From IMG/VR virus record IMGVR_UViG_3300023184_000088, positions 56,615 to 76,614 of that record: a stretch of DNA of 20,000 nt; one strand, written 5' to 3'. Within the stretch, counting starts at the first letter, position 1. Each line of letters begins with the position of its first letter. Below the pieces are notes generated by a model. It made no database searches. It had not been told where the DNA came from and saw only the letters and a list, made by a program, of their open reading frames with translations. This DNA comes from an uncultured virus (IMG/VR IMGVR_UViG_3300023184_000088) (taxonomy: Duplodnaviria > Heunggongvirae > Uroviricota > Caudoviricetes). The translations under genes were made by a program, and so were the position numbers. Positions 16,947 through 20,000 of this stretch are shown in pieces.

Positions 16947-17279
16947 CTATTTTCTACCCAATCCTACAATCGTAACACTTTTAATCTTTTTTTTACCTTT
17001 TTTCACTTTTTTCTCAACTTTTGGTTGGGAAGCTCTATTTTGTAACGACAATACCTTTCTAGTTACTTTACACATTTTTTCTAAAATCTCTAATGATTCA
17101 AGATTCTTAAAGAAAACTGTGAGAAGTTCTTCCGATTCGTCTGAAGAATAAACATTATCACCAATCATTCTTGGTTTTAATAATTTATTAAAACTAATAA
17201 AGGGTGTTTGAGTAATATTCTCAATTCCCGCACCCATAGACAATTCTCCCAATCCCGCAACAACAATACTTTTTTTCAT
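16947..17279 (-). CDS. Hypothetical protein
   Basis: 110-aa ORF downstream of the promoter at 17303. Confidence 0.65.
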   Translation of the reverse strand: MKKSIVVAGLGELSMGAGIENITQTPFISFNKLLKPRMIGDNVYSSDESEELLTVFFKNLESLEILEKMCKVTRKVLSLQNRASQPKVEKKVKKGKKKIKSVTIVGLGRK

Positions 17280-17302
17280 AATTTTTATATATTTAATTTC
17301 GA

Positions 17303-17333
17303 CAAAGATAATACAATTTTTTAAACTACCAAA
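17303..17333 (-). promoter_or_regulatory. Bacteroidota primary-sigma promoter
   Basis: TTTG-N19-TATCTTTG. Confidence 0.8.
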
Positions 17334-17339
17334 CTTTTT

Positions 17340-17849
17340 TTAAAAAAATAAATATGGTTCCCATTCTTTTGGGATGTCGTGATGAACTTGTTTCATTAAC
17401 ATCAAATAGTGAGGTCTTCTGGGTTGAGGGATTTCTTTACCATACTCCTCTAACGTCAAATTGGACTTCTCACCGTTACATCTCCTACAAGCGGTAACCA
17501 AGTTATCCCAACTATCTTTACCCCCCTTAGATTGAGGCACTACGTGGTCCAAAGTTAATGTCTTTCTATTATTACATCCACAATATACACACTCAAAATT
17601 ATCTCTACGATAAACATTCTCTCTATTTAAAGGAACTTTTTGTATGATTTGATTCACATATTTATAAACTCGGATAATGGATGGTTTTTTAATATCCAAT
17701 TCGGGATTCACTAATTTAAATGATTCCGGATGTTCGTTTATAACATCGGCATTACCTTTATAAGAAATGACGAAAGCCCTCTCTGTGGAAATAATACTCC
17801 TCGCCATATAACTTGAATCCAAGACCAAAGTTTTTTGGTAACTACTCAC
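17340..17849 (-). CDS. HNH endonuclease (McrA-like)
   Basis: RDNFECVYCG, TLDHVVPQSKGG..SWDNLVTACRRCN. Confidence 0.92.
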   Translation of the reverse strand: MSSYQKTLVLDSSYMARSIISTERAFVISYKGNADVINEHPESFKLVNPELDIKKPSIIRVYKYVNQIIQKVPLNRENVYRRDNFECVYCGCNNRKTLTLDHVVPQSKGGKDSWDNLVTACRRCNGEKSNLTLEEYGKEIPQPRRPHYLMLMKQVHHDIPKEWEPYLFF

Positions 17850-17883
17850 GATTATTAATTTTTAATTAAACATTTTTTTTTTG

Positions 17884-17956
17884 TGACCCCGGATGGATTC
17901 GAACCATCACTCTACGCATTAAAAGTGCGTGGCTTTGCCAGTTAAGCTACAAGGTC
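17884..17956 (-). tRNA. tRNA-Lys(TTT)
   Basis: ACGCA-CTTTTAA-TGCGT. Confidence 0.93.
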
Positions 17957-18040
17957 ATTATTCGGCTCATTTCACATTGTTATTCGGCTCAAAATCCTCA
18001 TATTATGAGCCGAATAATGGTGGTTTGTGAGCCACATTTG

Positions 18041-18112
18041 TCGGTACGGATGGACTCGAACCATCGACGACCATTTCATCAGAATGGGCTTCTACCACTG
18101 AATTACGTACCG
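18041..18112 (-). tRNA. tRNA-Ile(GAT), G37
   Basis: CGGTACG/CGTACCG-A73; CCATT-CTGATGA-AATGG. Confidence 0.88.
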
Positions 18113-18657
18113 AATAAATTATAGTGTAATTCTCTATGACAATTAGAACATAATAAAATACATTTATCTAATTCTTCTTTTATTTTATCCCAAGACATAT
18201 TCATATTACTTGAAGGTGCAAAATCTTTTTTTTCAGGGTCTAAATGATGAAATTCTAACGCAATTACACATTTTTTATATCCACACTTAACACATTCTCC
18301 CCCTTTATATTCAACGGCTCGTTCTTTGTTTCGTCGTCTAAAACTTTTTACGTGTAAATAATTATTTCTAATTCTTTCTTCATCGGTTAATAATGTTACT
18401 TTTTTTTCCACATAATATTTTACGGAATGTGGAGACATATTAAAAAAATCTGCAGTTTCTTGTCTAGTGTGTGTTTGATAATATTCATTAATCTCCTTAA
18501 CTTTATCATCAGATAACCTTACTTTACCATCTGCTCTACCACCTAAACCATTATCTTTACAATATTTACTAACCGTTGATTTGGCTAAACCTGTTATTTT
18601 TTGTATTACATTAACACTTTTTCCTTCTCTTCTTAATTCTAAAACTTTTTCTTTCAT
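18103..18657 (-). CDS. HTH + HNH endonuclease, probable homing endonuclease
   Basis: N-terminal HTH (GKSVNVIQKITGLAKSTVSKY); YKGGECVKCGY, LEFHHLDP, CILLCSNCHRELH. Confidence 0.88.
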   Translation of the reverse strand: MKEKVLELRREGKSVNVIQKITGLAKSTVSKYCKDNGLGGRADGKVRLSDDKVKEINEYYQTHTRQETADFFNMSPHSVKYYVEKKVTLLTDEERIRNNYLHVKSFRRRNKERAVEYKGGECVKCGYKKCVIALEFHHLDPEKKDFAPSSNMNMSWDKIKEELDKCILLCSNCHRELHYNLFGT

Positions 18658-18751
18658 ACTTACACCCTTTTTATTATCATTACCTGATAATTATAAGTAT
18701 CTTGGTTTTAGTGAAAAACCATATTTAATTAAAAACATTTTAACACGATTG

Positions 18752-18830
18752 TCGGGTAGACAGGACTCGAACCTGCAATAAAATGTCCTCATCCCAAATG
18801 AGGCGACTTAGCCAATTAGTCTACTACCCG
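18752..18830 (-). tRNA. tRNA-Pro(TGG), 10-nt variable region
   Basis: CGGGTAG/CTACCCG-A73; CCTCA-TTTGGGA-TGAGG. Confidence 0.9.
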
Positions 18831-18948
18831 AATTTAATTAGTTGAGTTTATAACATCTTTATCCTACTAAGGCAAGGACTCCATTTGGGGTTCCGTTGAT
18901 TGATGTCTCTTTATACCCCCTCACGGAACAAGTGGGGGAACTAATTAG

Positions 18949-19034
18949 TGGAGAGCAGAATACTCGAAATCCATCCGTTTTACCGAACCACTCGCTTAGC
19001 AGGCGGTGACAATACCCTGATTGTTTTACTCTCC
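18949..19034 (-). tRNA. tRNA-Ser(GCT), divergent
   Basis: GGAGAGT/GCTCTCC; CGC-CTGCTAA-GCG; long variable arm; imperfect T stem. Confidence 0.75.
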
Positions 19035-19040
19035 ATTTTG

Positions 19041-19112
19041 TGTCCCCAAGAGGATTTGAACCCCTATCTCTGATGCCGTAAATCAAAATTCTATCCGTTG
19101 AACTATGGAAAC
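19041..19112 (-). tRNA. tRNA-Arg(ACG)
   Basis: TTGAT-TTACGGC-ATCAG; A20. Confidence 0.88.
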
Positions 19113-19122
19113 AATTTGAGGT

Positions 19123-19199
19123 TGAGAACTCCTCTGTGTCGATAGAGGCGTTCTCTATACGTTTAATTTACCTTTTCCCCTCTCACAGGAACAACACAT
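19123..19199 (-). ncRNA. Repeated structured RNA, copy 2
   Basis: Near-identical to 16156-16233 with structure-preserving changes. Confidence 0.6.
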
Positions 19200-19200
19200 T

Positions 19201-19458
19201 TCATAACCTTAATTTATAAATTTCTTTATAGTCATCCAAAGCGTTCTTCAGATTAACAATACATTCTCGGTAATTAACATCATCACCTAAATCAAATCTT
19301 TCATTTTCCTCTTCTCTCTTGAATAACACTTTTAACGAATTATCAATGTTAGATAAAATATCCAAGTAAATCAATTCCTTATCTTTGGACTTCTTTAAAT
19401 CAAATTTTAAATCAATAATGATTCCTTCCAATTCCTCGATTTTGTCTTCTTCTTCCAT
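19201..19458 (-). CDS. Hypothetical coiled-coil-like protein
   Basis: 85-aa ORF. Confidence 0.7.
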   Translation of the reverse strand: MEEEDKIEELEGIIIDLKFDLKKSKDKELIYLDILSNIDNSLKVLFKREEENERFDLGDDVNYRECIVNLKNALDDYKEIYKLRL

Positions 19459-19472
19459 AACAAATAATTAAG

Positions 19473-19546
19473 TGTGAAAGGTGGGACTCGAACCCACAAT
19501 CTCCTGAACCACAATCAGACGCTTTACCAATTCAGCTACAATCACC
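19473..19546 (-). tRNA. tRNA-His(GTG)
   Basis: G-1 encoded; TCTGA-TTGTGGT-TCAGG; two U-U mismatches in the acceptor; A73. Confidence 0.85.
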
Positions 19547-19612
19547 ATATAAAACCCCACTTCCCCGGCTTAACGGACCGAGTGCCATATAGGAGGTGTG
19601 GGGATAACCTCG

Positions 19613-19684
19613 CTCTTCCGGGTGGGCTCGAACCACCATAAATTGATTAACAGTCAACCGTAATAACCCTTATACGACAGAAGA
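19613..19684 (-). tRNA. tRNA-Asn(GTT)
   Basis: TCTTCTG/CGGAAGA-G73; GTTGA-CTGTTAA-TCAAT. Confidence 0.92.
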
Positions 19685-19834
19685 ATATTTGACCACTATG
19701 TTATTTTGCGAACGTATGAAGCTCGTATCATTATTAAGTCATAGTAGTCCAAGGCGTTACGCACCCATCTGGTAACTTTACTTCTCTTGAGTCCGGGTAA
19801 GCGCTTACCAACTCGGGGGTTGTTTCCTTGTTTG

Positions 19835-19907
19835 TGGGGACTACCGGTTACGCTCCGGTCTCCTTGATTCTTCAGACCAATGCTTTCACTAGATTAGCTT
19901 AATCCCC
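19835..19907 (-). tRNA. tRNA-Phe(GAA), atypical T-loop
   Basis: GGGGATT/AGTCCCC-A73; TTGGT-CTGAAGA-ATCAA; T-loop AGCGTAA. Confidence 0.85.
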
Positions 19908-20000
19908 AATTAAAATGATGGTGAGATACCCGTTTCGTCTCACTCTTGACTGCTTAATAGTAGTTTTACTGTGCACAGGCAGAGGGTTATAATTTCGTTT

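Noticed and set aside
17958..18032. tattcggctc direct repeat plus inverted copy, and similar AT-rich palindromes (near 8968-9000, 10554-10578, 15736-15775)
   Set aside because: Short simple hairpins; insufficient evidence for a mobile element or defined function
13409..19086. ORFs 13409..13600, 15232..15483, 18581..18781 and 18859..19086
   Set aside because: They run through tRNA or tRNA-like sequences; shadow ORFs
10477..19907. Stop-codon recoding or suppressor tRNAs
   Set aside because: No CTA, TTA or TCA anticodon was found; genes are intact in the standard code and use TAA, TAG and TGA stops
10369..20000. tmRNA, RNase P RNA, SRP RNA or known self-cleaving ribozymes among the spacers
   Set aside because: Signature sequences (RNase P GAGGAAAGUCC, SRP CAGG-GNRA-AGCA helix, hammerhead CUGAUGA/GAAA core, HDV/theta nested pseudoknot) were not found by eye; 11414-11469 and 19555-19603 only superficially resemble SRP and twister

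Overview
AT-rich window, almost entirely minus-strand, with the hallmarks of a large (jumbo-type) bacteriophage. Repeated TTTG-N19-TAnnTTTG promoters point to a Bacteroidota host. Positions 1-4950 hold a candidate RNA-repair module: a T4 Rnl1-like RNA ligase, a stand-alone P-loop kinase, a calcineurin-like phosphoesterase and a cyclic-phosphate receiver-like protein. The same stretch has a DenV-like protein and a TM+GAF holin-like gene. Positions 5020-10290 encode a 964-aa Pro/Thr-linker modular surface protein (LRR + FISUMP), a Zn-ribbon protein, a GT2 glycosyltransferase and an RmlC-like cupin. Positions 10.3-20 kb are a tRNA array of 20 tRNAs, several structurally atypical, with two HNH nucleases, a TRIC/YadS membrane protein and small ORFs. 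The most striking observation is that the inter-tRNA spacers are packed with discrete, terminally paired structured RNAs of about 50-215 nt. These include an anticodon-less tRNA mimic and a duplicated pseudoknotted RNA, suggesting an uncharacterised ncRNA repertoire co-transcribed with the tRNAs. All RNA structures were folded by eye and all protein calls come from motif recognition; no searches were run.
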